Shown: positions 7,526-15,723 of the stretch, one piece after another | Numbering within the stretch: the stretch's first letter is position 1 | Layout: every line of letters begins with the position of its first letter | Source of the DNA: Chloroflexota bacterium | Lineage (GTDB): Bacteria; Chloroflexota; Dehalococcoidia; Lucifugimonadales; UBA3495 | Direction: 5' to 3' | Length of the DNA stretch: 49,484 nt | Assembly: GCA_022570905.1 (NCBI GenBank) | Contig: JACZYV010000002.1 | Location: 1-49,484 of the forward strand | Notes under the pieces: generated by a model | What the model was told of the DNA's origin: nothing | Databases searched by the model: none | Seen by the model: the letters and a program-made list of their open reading frames with translations, nothing else | Made by a program: the position numbers and the translations under genes

Positions 7526-10500
7526 CAGATGCCACCCCGCAGGACCTCGGCGGTGTTGAGCCGCCGGGCGGCCACCACGGCGAAAGCCACCGACAGGGCC
7601 GAGGCCGCCACCATTCCGGTCAAAACTCCGGCCATCAACCAGCCCCTAACGGACGGCAAAAGCGGCGGCACTGGGTCGTTTCCTTGAGGCGTCAGGTCCA
7701 CAAGTTCCAGCACCTCCAGTCCCGGCCAATAACCCATGGCGGCCCCGGCGGCGATGGCCAACACGGCGATGATCAACCGCTCCGTGGCCAGGGACAGAAA
7801 GAATTGGCGGTGCGAGAACCCCAGCACCCGGACCACCGCCAGGTCCATCCGGCCCATCCGGACCGACACCAAGGCGTGAACGGTCAGCGTCAGCAATACG
7901 GCGATACCGATGGCCACCATGCTGAAGATGGTCAGGCCGTCCCAGCCGCCGCCCGCCAGAGGGTTCCGCCCGGCCAACGACGCCACGGCTTCGGCGTCCC
8001 GCACGGAGACCAGTCCGGGTATCATGTCTGCTATATCTTCGATGACCTGCTCACGGTCCGCCGCTGCGTCCAGGGCCAGCCACATCTCGGCGGGCCGGCC
8101 TATAACGCTCACCGGCAGGCGTCTGGCGTACTCTCGAAAGTCGGACAGGTCCAGCAAGAAAAATGGCCGCCGGTCGGGTCTCAGCGTCGGGAAGTGGCTG
8201 ACCACGCCTACGAACTGCACCGGAACGGCCAGACTGCCCAACTTCACCCGCACCTGTTGACCAACCTGGAAGCCGGGACCACCGATGGCCGGGAGCGGGA
8301 ACGGACCCGGCGGCAGATGAATCCCCCTCTGACCATTGGCGATCGGCTCCTTCCAGGAGAACTGAAGGCCTGACCCCCCGGTCCGTGCGCTGATGCCGGC
8401 CCGCCGGGCCACGTCGGGAGTTTTACCCTGGTTGGCCAACGGCGCCCAGGGAGTCAGGCTCTCGAATCCCTCGATCACGAGTCCTTCCGTCCCCAATGAC
8501 GGGCCGAACGCGGTGATGTCGTCCAGGTGCAGGACCCCGTCTGACAACCGGTTGGACGGGGTGGTTGAGAAGAACAGCCCGACCAGCTCAAATGGCGGCG
8601 AGGCCAGGCCGGTATCGGGGAGGTCCCCGGTGAACAGCCTCCATGGTCCATCAACCGCCTTAACATCGCCCTCGTCCGCATCTGATGACTCCGGGACTTC
8701 CAGCTCCAATATGTTGCCCATGGAGATGGTGCGGTAGGAGCCGGTGGCGGTCATCACCCTGGCCCACATGTTCACGCCGAACTGCAGGTTCTTTTCGAAC
8801 AAAACGCCGCTGTCTACCCACACGCCCAGGGACACAGTGTCCTCCGGCAGTGGTATGCCGGTGCCGGAGAGGTTGGACGGAAAGGGTCTGGGCCGAAGAA
8901 GCCTGCTGATCCCTTGCAGACCTCCGGGAAAAAAGTCATCCCTGAACCAGGCGGTTTTCGCCAGCGCCCGGGGGTCCACCGCGAACAGGTCCACGTTCTG
9001 GCCAAGAGGACCGTCCAGAAGGGTGACCGAGTCGCGCATGATGGCGGTGACCGCCGTCACTCCCGTTATCTTTTCCAGTTTCTCCGGGGCGTCTTCGGGC
9101 AGGGCAGGGCCTCTCACCACCATGTTTCCGCCAACTCTGTAGCGGGCCTGGTCGCTCTGGTTCTGAGACAAACTGGACTGGAAGGTGGCTCCAAAGACCC
9201 CCAACGCCGTCGCCAACATCAGGATCACCGCCAATGAGCCGTGGGGAATTGGGTCTCTGGCCAAGCGCAAGAGTGAGAACTGGAACCAGGCGGCGCCGGC
9301 CCGTGTTCCGGCCCAGGCCAGCAGCCGGACCACCAGCGGCAACACGCGCAGCAGCAGGACGGCCGCCGCGAAAAGCCCCAGCACCGGTCCTAGGATCAGG
9401 GTCGGGTCCACATTGAGTCCCTGAGACGCCAGTCCTTCGGCCACGAACCCCTCACGGCCCTGCACCTGGAACCAGATCACAGCAACCGTAAGCACAGCCA
9501 GTATGTCCAGATAATAACGGTGCAGGAAGGGGACCGACGGGGGTCTGGCCCTGGACAGCAATGTCTCCAATGTGCCCATCCTGGCCCGGCCCGTGGCGGT
9601 GACCAGCAGTACCGCCAGGGCCATCACGCCCCCTAAAATCCCCATCCAAAACATATCTCCGGCCAGTCCCAGTGGAATGGGATCGGCGAACTCACCACCT
9701 GGATTGATGGTGTCCAAAAGCAGGGTTTTTACGATGACCCAGGCCAAGAACGGGCCCACCACCATGGCGGCAAGGACCACCACCGACTCCGCCATGGCCA
9801 GCACGCCGCTCACTTGAATCACGCTGGCGCCCCGGCTCCGGAGCAAGCCGGCTTCCTCAGCCTGACTCCGGCCCAGGGTCCCGGTGATGAGAGCCAGAAA
9901 ATAGAGGACCACCACCACGACCAGTGATAGGTACAGATACAACGGGATCCTGGCCAGGGTAAGCGCTTTTTCGAACTCCTCGATGGTGCGGCCCAGCCGG
10001 CTCAGCACCAGGGTGCGCGGGTATACCTTGTTCAGATCGGTTTCCAGGCCGAGGACCTGCCGTTTCACGTCGCTGGCGTTGCCGGCGGTCAGTTTACCGG
10101 CGTCCAAGAACAGGTAGAACCCGAAGTCGCCCACCAACGTCGGATAGCGGGCCCCGATACCCTGGAAGAAGTCGTCTTCGGTCACAAACAGAGGCACCAC
10201 CACCGACTCGCCAACGGGAACGATGTCGAAGTATATCGGCGCGCCCATCCAGTATTCCTCCCGGGCGTCGATGGGGTCGGCCACGCCCACTATCTTGAAA
10301 GTGATGCGCTCCGACGACCCCCGGCGGGGAATCAGGAATACCCGGTCTCCAACAAAATAACTCAGTTTGCGGGACGTCTCCGAGCCGACGACTACCTCGA
10401 TGTCCCCTTGGCCTTCCGGGTCTTGGAACGCTCCACTCTTAGGCCAACGCCCTTGCGTGAGAACCGAGTGTTCGGTGAAGCCGGTGAGGAAAAACGGGCG

Positions 10501-10881
10501 GCCCGACGGTGAGCCAAGCACCGGCTGTGTTGGTGTGTTCAGCAGGGTCAGATTCGGCTGGGTCCGCCCGAACCGCTCTGTGCTCCGCAGCATCTCTCCC
10601 AAGCGGTCGTTGGACGCCTGCTCGACCAGGTTTTTCAAGGGCAGGTAGTCCACCCTCCCCAGGGGCCGGTTTTGAGCCGTGACCTGGGCGTTATGGACCT
10701 CGGGGCTGAATGAGGCTACAGAGTGGCGCAGCCCGGCTTCGCCCAGGGCGCGGGAGTACAGGGCCCCAGTGGACATGATCGTCACCGAAGCCAAGATGCC
10801 AAAAGAGGTGACCGCCAGCAATAGCCAGGAATGGCGCAGCCGCCGGCGCAACAGCCAAGTTACCAGGGACAGAAGCTGCAT
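7525..10881 (-). CDS. FtsX-family ABC permease, fused double-FtsX type (1118 aa, ~10 TM, two large extracytoplasmic domains)
   Basis: Same topology pattern as 4088..7525, including the shared HRYYLD(I/F)L motif before TM5. GGAGGG lies ~13 nt upstream of ATG 10881. Confidence 0.8.
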   Translation of the reverse strand: MQLLSLVTWLLRRRLRHSWLLLAVTSFGILASVTIMSTGALYSRALGEAGLRHSVASFSPEVHNAQVTAQNRPLGRVDYLPLKNLVEQASNDRLGEMLRSTERFGRTQPNLTLLNTPTQPVLGSPSGRPFFLTGFTEHSVLTQGRWPKSGAFQDPEGQGDIEVVVGSETSRKLSYFVGDRVFLIPRRGSSERITFKIVGVADPIDAREEYWMGAPIYFDIVPVGESVVVPLFVTEDDFFQGIGARYPTLVGDFGFYLFLDAGKLTAGNASDVKRQVLGLETDLNKVYPRTLVLSRLGRTIEEFEKALTLARIPLYLYLSLVVVVVLYFLALITGTLGRSQAEEAGLLRSRGASVIQVSGVLAMAESVVVLAAMVVGPFLAWVIVKTLLLDTINPGGEFADPIPLGLAGDMFWMGILGGVMALAVLLVTATGRARMGTLETLLSRARPPSVPFLHRYYLDILAVLTVAVIWFQVQGREGFVAEGLASQGLNVDPTLILGPVLGLFAAAVLLLRVLPLVVRLLAWAGTRAGAAWFQFSLLRLARDPIPHGSLAVILMLATALGVFGATFQSSLSQNQSDQARYRVGGNMVVRGPALPEDAPEKLEKITGVTAVTAIMRDSVTLLDGPLGQNVDLFAVDPRALAKTAWFRDDFFPGGLQGISRLLRPRPFPSNLSGTGIPLPEDTVSLGVWVDSGVLFEKNLQFGVNMWARVMTATGSYRTISMGNILELEVPESSDADEGDVKAVDGPWRLFTGDLPDTGLASPPFELVGLFFSTTPSNRLSDGVLHLDDITAFGPSLGTEGLVIEGFESLTPWAPLANQGKTPDVARRAGISARTGGSGLQFSWKEPIANGQRGIHLPPGPFPLPAIGGPGFQVGQQVRVKLGSLAVPVQFVGVVSHFPTLRPDRRPFFLLDLSDFREYARRLPVSVIGRPAEMWLALDAAADREQVIEDIADMIPGLVSVRDAEAVASLAGRNPLAGGGWDGLTIFSMVAIGIAVLLTLTVHALVSVRMGRMDLAVVRVLGFSHRQFFLSLATERLIIAVLAIAAGAAMGYWPGLEVLELVDLTPQGNDPVPPLLPSVRGWLMAGVLTGMVAASALSVAFAVVAARRLNTAEVLRGGI

Positions 10882-11093
10882 GAAGCTTAGCGGCCCTCCA
10901 GGTCACCGGCGAACGCCGGCCCCCTGGCGGCGGTCTTCGGTTTGGGCTCAGTGTTCGGTGGGGGCGATGCCCCATGAATATCGATTACCGGCATAACAGT
11001 GTTGGATTATACGATGTTACCGGGGATTACGGATTAGGCCGGGTCCAATGGCGGGTTTTTGGCCTCCGGCTAAACTGAGACTGGCCGAGGGGT

Positions 11094-11131
11094 GGAAAAT
11101 CCCCCTTGGTCCCCCTTTACGAAAGGGGGAG
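11094..11131 (+). repeat. Small GC-hairpin repeat element, copy 1
   Basis: Sequence GGAAAATCCCCCTTGGTCCCCCTTTACGAAAGGGGGAG. It has an internal hairpin CCCCCTTT/AAAGGGGG. Confidence 0.7.
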
Positions 11132-11185
11132 ATGGCTGTCCCCCGTCCACGGTTCAAAAGACAGCGGTATTAAATAGACAACGAG

Positions 11186-11219
11186 ACCCCCCTTTGTAAA
11201 GGGGGCCTGGGGGATTTCC
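11186..11219 (-). repeat. Small GC-hairpin repeat element, copy 2 (inverted relative to copy 1)
   Basis: The reverse complement reads GGAAATCCCCCAGGCCCCCTTTACAAAGGGGGGT, which is near-identical in layout to copy 1. Confidence 0.7.
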
Positions 11220-11289
11220 GGCCCGCCGGCAGCCAAGTTGAGCCCGGCAACACCCGGGAACTCCGGACCACTGCCAAGCTAAGGCCCCA

Positions 11290-11298
11290 TGCTATAAT
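11290..11298 (+). promoter_or_regulatory. Candidate extended -10 promoter element (TGcTATAAT) for the SDR gene
   Basis: TGCTATAAT lies ~75 nt upstream of ATG 11374. The -35 is weak (CTGCCA). Confidence 0.35.
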
Positions 11299-11373
11299 CC
11301 CGCCCACCGGTCAAAGGCCGTAATTAGGCGTGCCTGAGACCCCTAGATTCGGCACTATCTACGAGGTCCAACC

Positions 11374-12123
11374 ATGAAGCGTCTGGAAGGCAAAACAGCC
11401 CTGGTCACCGGCTCCGGCCGCAACATCGGCCGGGCCATCATCCTGAAACTGGCGGAAGAGGGCGCCAACGTCGTGGTGAACGCCCGGAGCAACAAGGAAG
11501 AAGCGGAATCGGTGGCCGCCGAGGCCCGGGCCCTGGGCGTGGAAGCCCTGCCATTCATCGCCGACGTTTCAGACCACCAGCAGGTGACAAACATGTTCGC
11601 CGCCGCCGCGGAGCAGTTCGGCGGGGTGGACATCCTGGTCAGCAACGCCGCCATCCGGCCCCACCAACCATTCACCGAGGTCACCCTGGAAGAATGGCAG
11701 CGGGTCAGGGGCGTGGTGCTGGACGGGGCGTTCCACGTTGCCCATGCGGCCATCCCACACATGGAGAAGAACGGCTACGGGAGGGTGGTGTTCTTCACCG
11801 GAGACGGCGCTTTCAAGGGGACTGCCCAGCGCTCCCACGTATCCGCCGCCAAGATGGGGGTCATCGGCCTGGCCAGGGGACTGGCCTCTGAGTTCGCGCC
11901 CAAGAACATCCGGGTGAACGTCATCTCTCCGGGGCGCATCGACACCACCAGAGACCTCAGTTGGTACCCCCAGGGCGGTATGCGCGATACGGCGGACATC
12001 CCAATAGGCCGCCTGGGCACGGTGAACGATATTGCGTCGGCCTGCCTGTTCCTGATCACCGACGAGTGCGGCTTCATGACCGGTCAGACCCTGCACGTGA
12101 ACGGCGGGACCGACTTCTTCTAG
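11374..12123 (+). CDS. Short-chain dehydrogenase/reductase family protein (divergent active-site motifs)
   Basis: TGSGRNIGRAI Rossmann motif, NAA, IRVNVISPG. The expected YxxxK region reads HVSAAK. Confidence 0.8.
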   Translation: MKRLEGKTALVTGSGRNIGRAIILKLAEEGANVVVNARSNKEEAESVAAEARALGVEALPFIADVSDHQQVTNMFAAAAEQFGGVDILVSNAAIRPHQPFTEVTLEEWQRVRGVVLDGAFHVAHAAIPHMEKNGYGRVVFFTGDGAFKGTAQRSHVSAAKMGVIGLARGLASEFAPKNIRVNVISPGRIDTTRDLSWYPQGGMRDTADIPIGRLGTVNDIASACLFLITDECGFMTGQTLHVNGGTDFF

Positions 12124-12144
12124 GCCCCTCGCTCGGGTAGCCAC

Positions 12145-12819
12145 CTAGCTCCTGAAGCGGAACTCTTTCAGGTCATCGGCGATGATGAGCTTGGCCTCGG
12201 TCTGCTCCTGAATCTCCTCGGGGCTCCAGCCTGGGGCATGCTCAACCAGTTTGAATCCCTGGGGCGTGATCTCAAAGAGGCCCAGGTCGGTGACCAGCAT
12301 CTTCACCACGCCGGGGGCGGTGATGGGCAGGCTGCACTTTTTCAACAGCTTGAGCCCACCGTCGCGGGTGGTGTGTTCCATGGCGATGAACACCCGCTTG
12401 GCGCCGGCCGCCAGGTCCATCGCCCCGCCGATGCCTCCGCCCTTGCGGCTGGGGATGCGCCAATTCGCGAAGTCGCCGTTCTCGGCTACTTCATAAGCGC
12501 CCATCACGGTTACGTCGATCATGCCGCCGCGAATCATCATGAATGAGTCGGCGTGGTGCACGCAGGCCATACCGGGCAGGGGGGTAACCTTCTGTCCGCC
12601 GGCGTTCACCAGGTGCCGGTCCTCCTCACCTTCCTTGGCCAACGGCCCATAACCAATGACACCGTTCTCAGCGTGATTGATGATCTCTCTGCTGGGATCC
12701 GAATAGTTTGAACACAACGTGGGCATGCCGACGCCCAGGTTAACGATCCAGCCGTCTTGAAATTCCATGGCCAGCCGGTCACACATCGCTTGTCGTTCCA
12801 ATTTCACCTTTTCGGCCAT
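12145..12819 (-). CDS. Family I CoA-transferase subunit B (3-oxoacid/3-oxoadipate CoA-transferase beta-like)
   Basis: NLGVGMP and the AENG motif (catalytic Glu position). Paired with a subunit A gene immediately upstream. GGAG lies 8 nt upstream of the ATG. Confidence 0.85.
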   Translation of the reverse strand: MAEKVKLERQAMCDRLAMEFQDGWIVNLGVGMPTLCSNYSDPSREIINHAENGVIGYGPLAKEGEEDRHLVNAGGQKVTPLPGMACVHHADSFMMIRGGMIDVTVMGAYEVAENGDFANWRIPSRKGGGIGGAMDLAAGAKRVFIAMEHTTRDGGLKLLKKCSLPITAPGVVKMLVTDLGLFEITPQGFKLVEHAPGWSPEEIQEQTEAKLIIADDLKEFRFRS

Positions 12820-12843
12820 TGTTGTTCTCCGTGTTTGAGGTTC

Positions 12844-12895
12844 GAGCGATCAGCTATCAGCTTGCTGTCCGCTGAATGCTGATCGCTGATCGCTC
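12844..12895. repeat. Intercistronic 18-bp inverted repeat (17/18 paired) built from GATCAGC/TATCAGC heptamers
   Basis: GAGCGATCAGCTATCAGC, a 16-nt loop, then GCTGATCGCTGATCGCTC. It sits exactly between the subunit A stop and the subunit B ribosome-binding site. Confidence 0.85.
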
Positions 12896-12896
12896 G

Positions 12897-13595
12897 CTAG
12901 ACCCAGATGCCGTCTTCGGGGATGCGGACCAGCCGGTCGACGTAGATGCTCGGCACGTGGATGGCGTCGGGGTCCAATTCACCGGCTTCGACGATGTCGT
13001 TCTCCACTTCAACTATAGTGACCTTGGCCGCCATGGCCATCAGCGGATTGAAGTTGCGTTGGGTCAGCCGGAACACCAGATTACCCAAGGTGTCGGCCTT
13101 CCAGGCCCGGATCAGTCCGTAGTCTCCGTGCAGCGGGAACTCAAGCACATGCATGCGGCCATCGATCTCCCGATGCTCTTTGCCCTCGGCCAACTCGGTC
13201 CCAACCGACGTCGGAGTGTAGAACCCGCCGATCCCGGCGGCGGCGCACCGAAGGCGCTCGGCCAATGTCCCTTGGGGCACCAACTCGGCTTCAATCTCGT
13301 CGTTGTTGTACATGCGGGTGAAGGGCGTCACCTGAGATGGGTGGGTCGCGGCGGTGAAGGCGCAGATCATCTTCTTCATCTGGCCGGCTTCCACCAAGGT
13401 GCCGATGTCAACGTGCTCGTCGATCGTCCCAGCGTTGTTAGACACTCCAGTCAGCCCTTTGGCTCCCTGGCGGTTCAATGCGGCCAGCAGGTTCCTGGGC
13501 ACGCCCACGCCGCCGAATCCGGGACTGAAGATCGTGACGCCGTCGGGAATGTCCGCCACGGCGTCATCCATGCTTTTGTAGATCTTATTCTTCAT
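12897..13595 (-). CDS. Family I CoA-transferase subunit A
   Basis: N-terminal KIYKSMDDAVADIPDGVTIFSPGFGGVGVPRNLL is typical of ScoA/AtoD/PcaI-type alpha subunits. Confidence 0.85.
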   Translation of the reverse strand: MKNKIYKSMDDAVADIPDGVTIFSPGFGGVGVPRNLLAALNRQGAKGLTGVSNNAGTIDEHVDIGTLVEAGQMKKMICAFTAATHPSQVTPFTRMYNNDEIEAELVPQGTLAERLRCAAAGIGGFYTPTSVGTELAEGKEHREIDGRMHVLEFPLHGDYGLIRAWKADTLGNLVFRLTQRNFNPLMAMAAKVTIVEVENDIVEAGELDPDAIHVPSIYVDRLVRIPEDGIWV

Positions 13596-13786
13596 GAATA
13601 ACCTTAAACCAATGGAGTCTGGATCAGCCCTGTCTGGGGCGTGTTAAATATTACCGCAGACCGGTGCGCCACGCCATAGGCGCGTCTTTGTCCAATTATT
13701 TTTTGGTTTCGACTTGACAACGGGATTGAATATACCAAGAATTCATGTATCTTAATCCCGAACACCGTTATGGCTGGAGATACACC

Positions 13787-14845
13787 ATGGTAGCCTCAGA
13801 CCACCGGACCTACGTTTATATCGGCCTGGCCGGAGAAGGCGAATACATCGGCGAAGGCGGTATCGTCCGCCGCGCCGACGGCGAAGAACAGTGGACGCAA
13901 ATCTCCAATGGCCTCCCGGACCATCCTCAGGTCCGGGCCTTGGCCATTCGGCCCGACGACCCCAAGATCGTTTTCGCCGGCACCGACAAGGGCGTCTTCC
14001 GCTCCAAAGACCGTGGAGAGAACTGGGAAGCGTTAGATGACGCCGGCGCCGGTCAAGAGGTATGGTCGCTGACCATCCATCCCGATAATCCGGACGTGAT
14101 CTTAGCCGGATACGACCCCTGCTCCATCTCGCGCTCCCAGGACGGCGGCGACACCTGGAAGATGATGGACACCAGCCAGGTGGTCTACCCCTTTATCACG
14201 ACCTATATGCCCCCCACCGCCAAGCGGGTCATCGGCATGGCGTTCGACCCCTCCGACCCCAAAGACATCTACGCCGCCATTGAAGTCGGCGGTCTCTTGG
14301 CCAGCCGTGACGGCGGCGAGACCTGGGTGTCGGTGATCGACGGCCCATACATCAAAAACAACACCCTGGACCTGCACCAGGTCGAGGTCAGCGCCGCCGC
14401 ACCGGGCACGGTGCACATCGCCACCCAGACCGCCATGTTCCGCAGCCGGGACAAGGGCGCGCGCTGGGAGCACGTGCAGGTGGAGGAGATGTTCCCCGGC
14501 GGTTCGTATTGCCGCGACCTGCTGGTCGCGCCCGACGACCCCAAGACCATCTACCTGGCGGCCGGCGCCGGCGGCGGGGCCGCGCCTCCGGACACCGTTC
14601 AGGAGGGCGCACTCTTCCGCAGCCGCGACGTGGGCGAGACCTGGGACCGGCTGGACCTGGGCGAAACCGTGCCGGGCCGCATGATGGCCATCGCCATCGA
14701 CAACGCCGCGCCGGAACACATCTACTGCGCGGCCTACAGCGGAGAGGTCTACAGCAGTTCAGACGGCGGCAGTAACTGGACCAAGAGCATGCTTCCGGGA
14801 GAGAGTTCCCGTTATCTGCACGTCTATCCGATGGTCTGCGGTTAG
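13787..14845 (+). CDS. BNR/Asp-box repeat beta-propeller protein (sialidase-fold or Ycf48-like)
   Basis: Six SxDxGxxW boxes: SKDRGENW, SQDGGDTW, SRDGGETW, SRDKGARW, SRDVGETW, SSDGGSNW. ATG 13787 has GGAG 6 nt upstream. The ORF-track start 13745 sits inside a promoter-like TTGACA-17-AAGAAT. Confidence 0.75.
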   Translation: MVASDHRTYVYIGLAGEGEYIGEGGIVRRADGEEQWTQISNGLPDHPQVRALAIRPDDPKIVFAGTDKGVFRSKDRGENWEALDDAGAGQEVWSLTIHPDNPDVILAGYDPCSISRSQDGGDTWKMMDTSQVVYPFITTYMPPTAKRVIGMAFDPSDPKDIYAAIEVGGLLASRDGGETWVSVIDGPYIKNNTLDLHQVEVSAAAPGTVHIATQTAMFRSRDKGARWEHVQVEEMFPGGSYCRDLLVAPDDPKTIYLAAGAGGGAAPPDTVQEGALFRSRDVGETWDRLDLGETVPGRMMAIAIDNAAPEHIYCAAYSGEVYSSSDGGSNWTKSMLPGESSRYLHVYPMVCG

Positions 14846-14951
14846 CCCTTCCGGCACAAGCGAAATCCGTCGGCGAACCGCAAATCGTTTGCCTGGTCAA
14901 TCGTCCAATAACTCCCGCCCTACAGGCACGTCCAAAATACAGGAGACTGAA

Positions 14952-15575
14952 TTGACAAGTAATTCGATCGACCGTGCGACCTACAGCGTTGGCGAAGGCG
15001 CCCTGGACCTAATGGTCCTGGAAAAGGCCGAGTTCCCAGAATTGTTCCGTGGTCATCAGGTGGTCCGGGAAGGGTCGCTGGACAACGAGACCCTGGCCCA
15101 GAATGGGTTCGACGGCAGCACCGCTGAACGCTTTGCCAACGCCGGCCGGGTGACAGGCGTGATGCGGGAGTTGGGGCCCACCTCCAACATGGCGATGGCC
15201 GACGGGTTCGACTTCATGGCGGCCTCGGTGGTGCACCTGTTCGACACCCCGGACTCGGTCCATGCGTGGATGCACGACATCTTTCTGAAGGACTTTGAGG
15301 AGCGGGTGGGCGAGAGCGTGGGCCAGGGTCACCAATTGGTGTCCGCCACGCGTCTGGACCCCAAGGGCTTCTTCGACGAGGCGGTGGGCCTCAGGGTGTT
15401 GCAGGGCGGCATCGACGGCCTGGTCTCCTCCACCGTAGTGGACTTCCGGGTGGGCCGCCTATTGGGAGTGGTATTCATCGGCGCCGTGGGCGACCACGAC
15501 CGCCTGGACCAGGTGGTTAAGCTAGGCCAGACCCTGGAGAAACGCATGGTCAGCGTGGTTTTGGGGTCGACTTAG
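14952..15575 (+). CDS. Hypothetical protein
   Basis: ORF with coding-like GC3. TTG 14952 is preceded by AGGAG with a 6-nt spacer, which is better than the track start 14889. Confidence 0.55.
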   Translation: MTSNSIDRATYSVGEGALDLMVLEKAEFPELFRGHQVVREGSLDNETLAQNGFDGSTAERFANAGRVTGVMRELGPTSNMAMADGFDFMAASVVHLFDTPDSVHAWMHDIFLKDFEERVGESVGQGHQLVSATRLDPKGFFDEAVGLRVLQGGIDGLVSSTVVDFRVGRLLGVVFIGAVGDHDRLDQVVKLGQTLEKRMVSVVLGST

Positions 15576-15723
15576 GGGGCTAGAGAGAATCCCACTGTTT
15601 GCGGAGAGGCCGGACCCTTTGCCCGATCTGCCACCCTTCGCTACACTCAGGGTCTCGTTGTTTGCCGGGGGCCTTGTTTTGGACCTGCAGCCACCTTTCT
15701 CAGTGGAGCGACTAGATTCGTGT

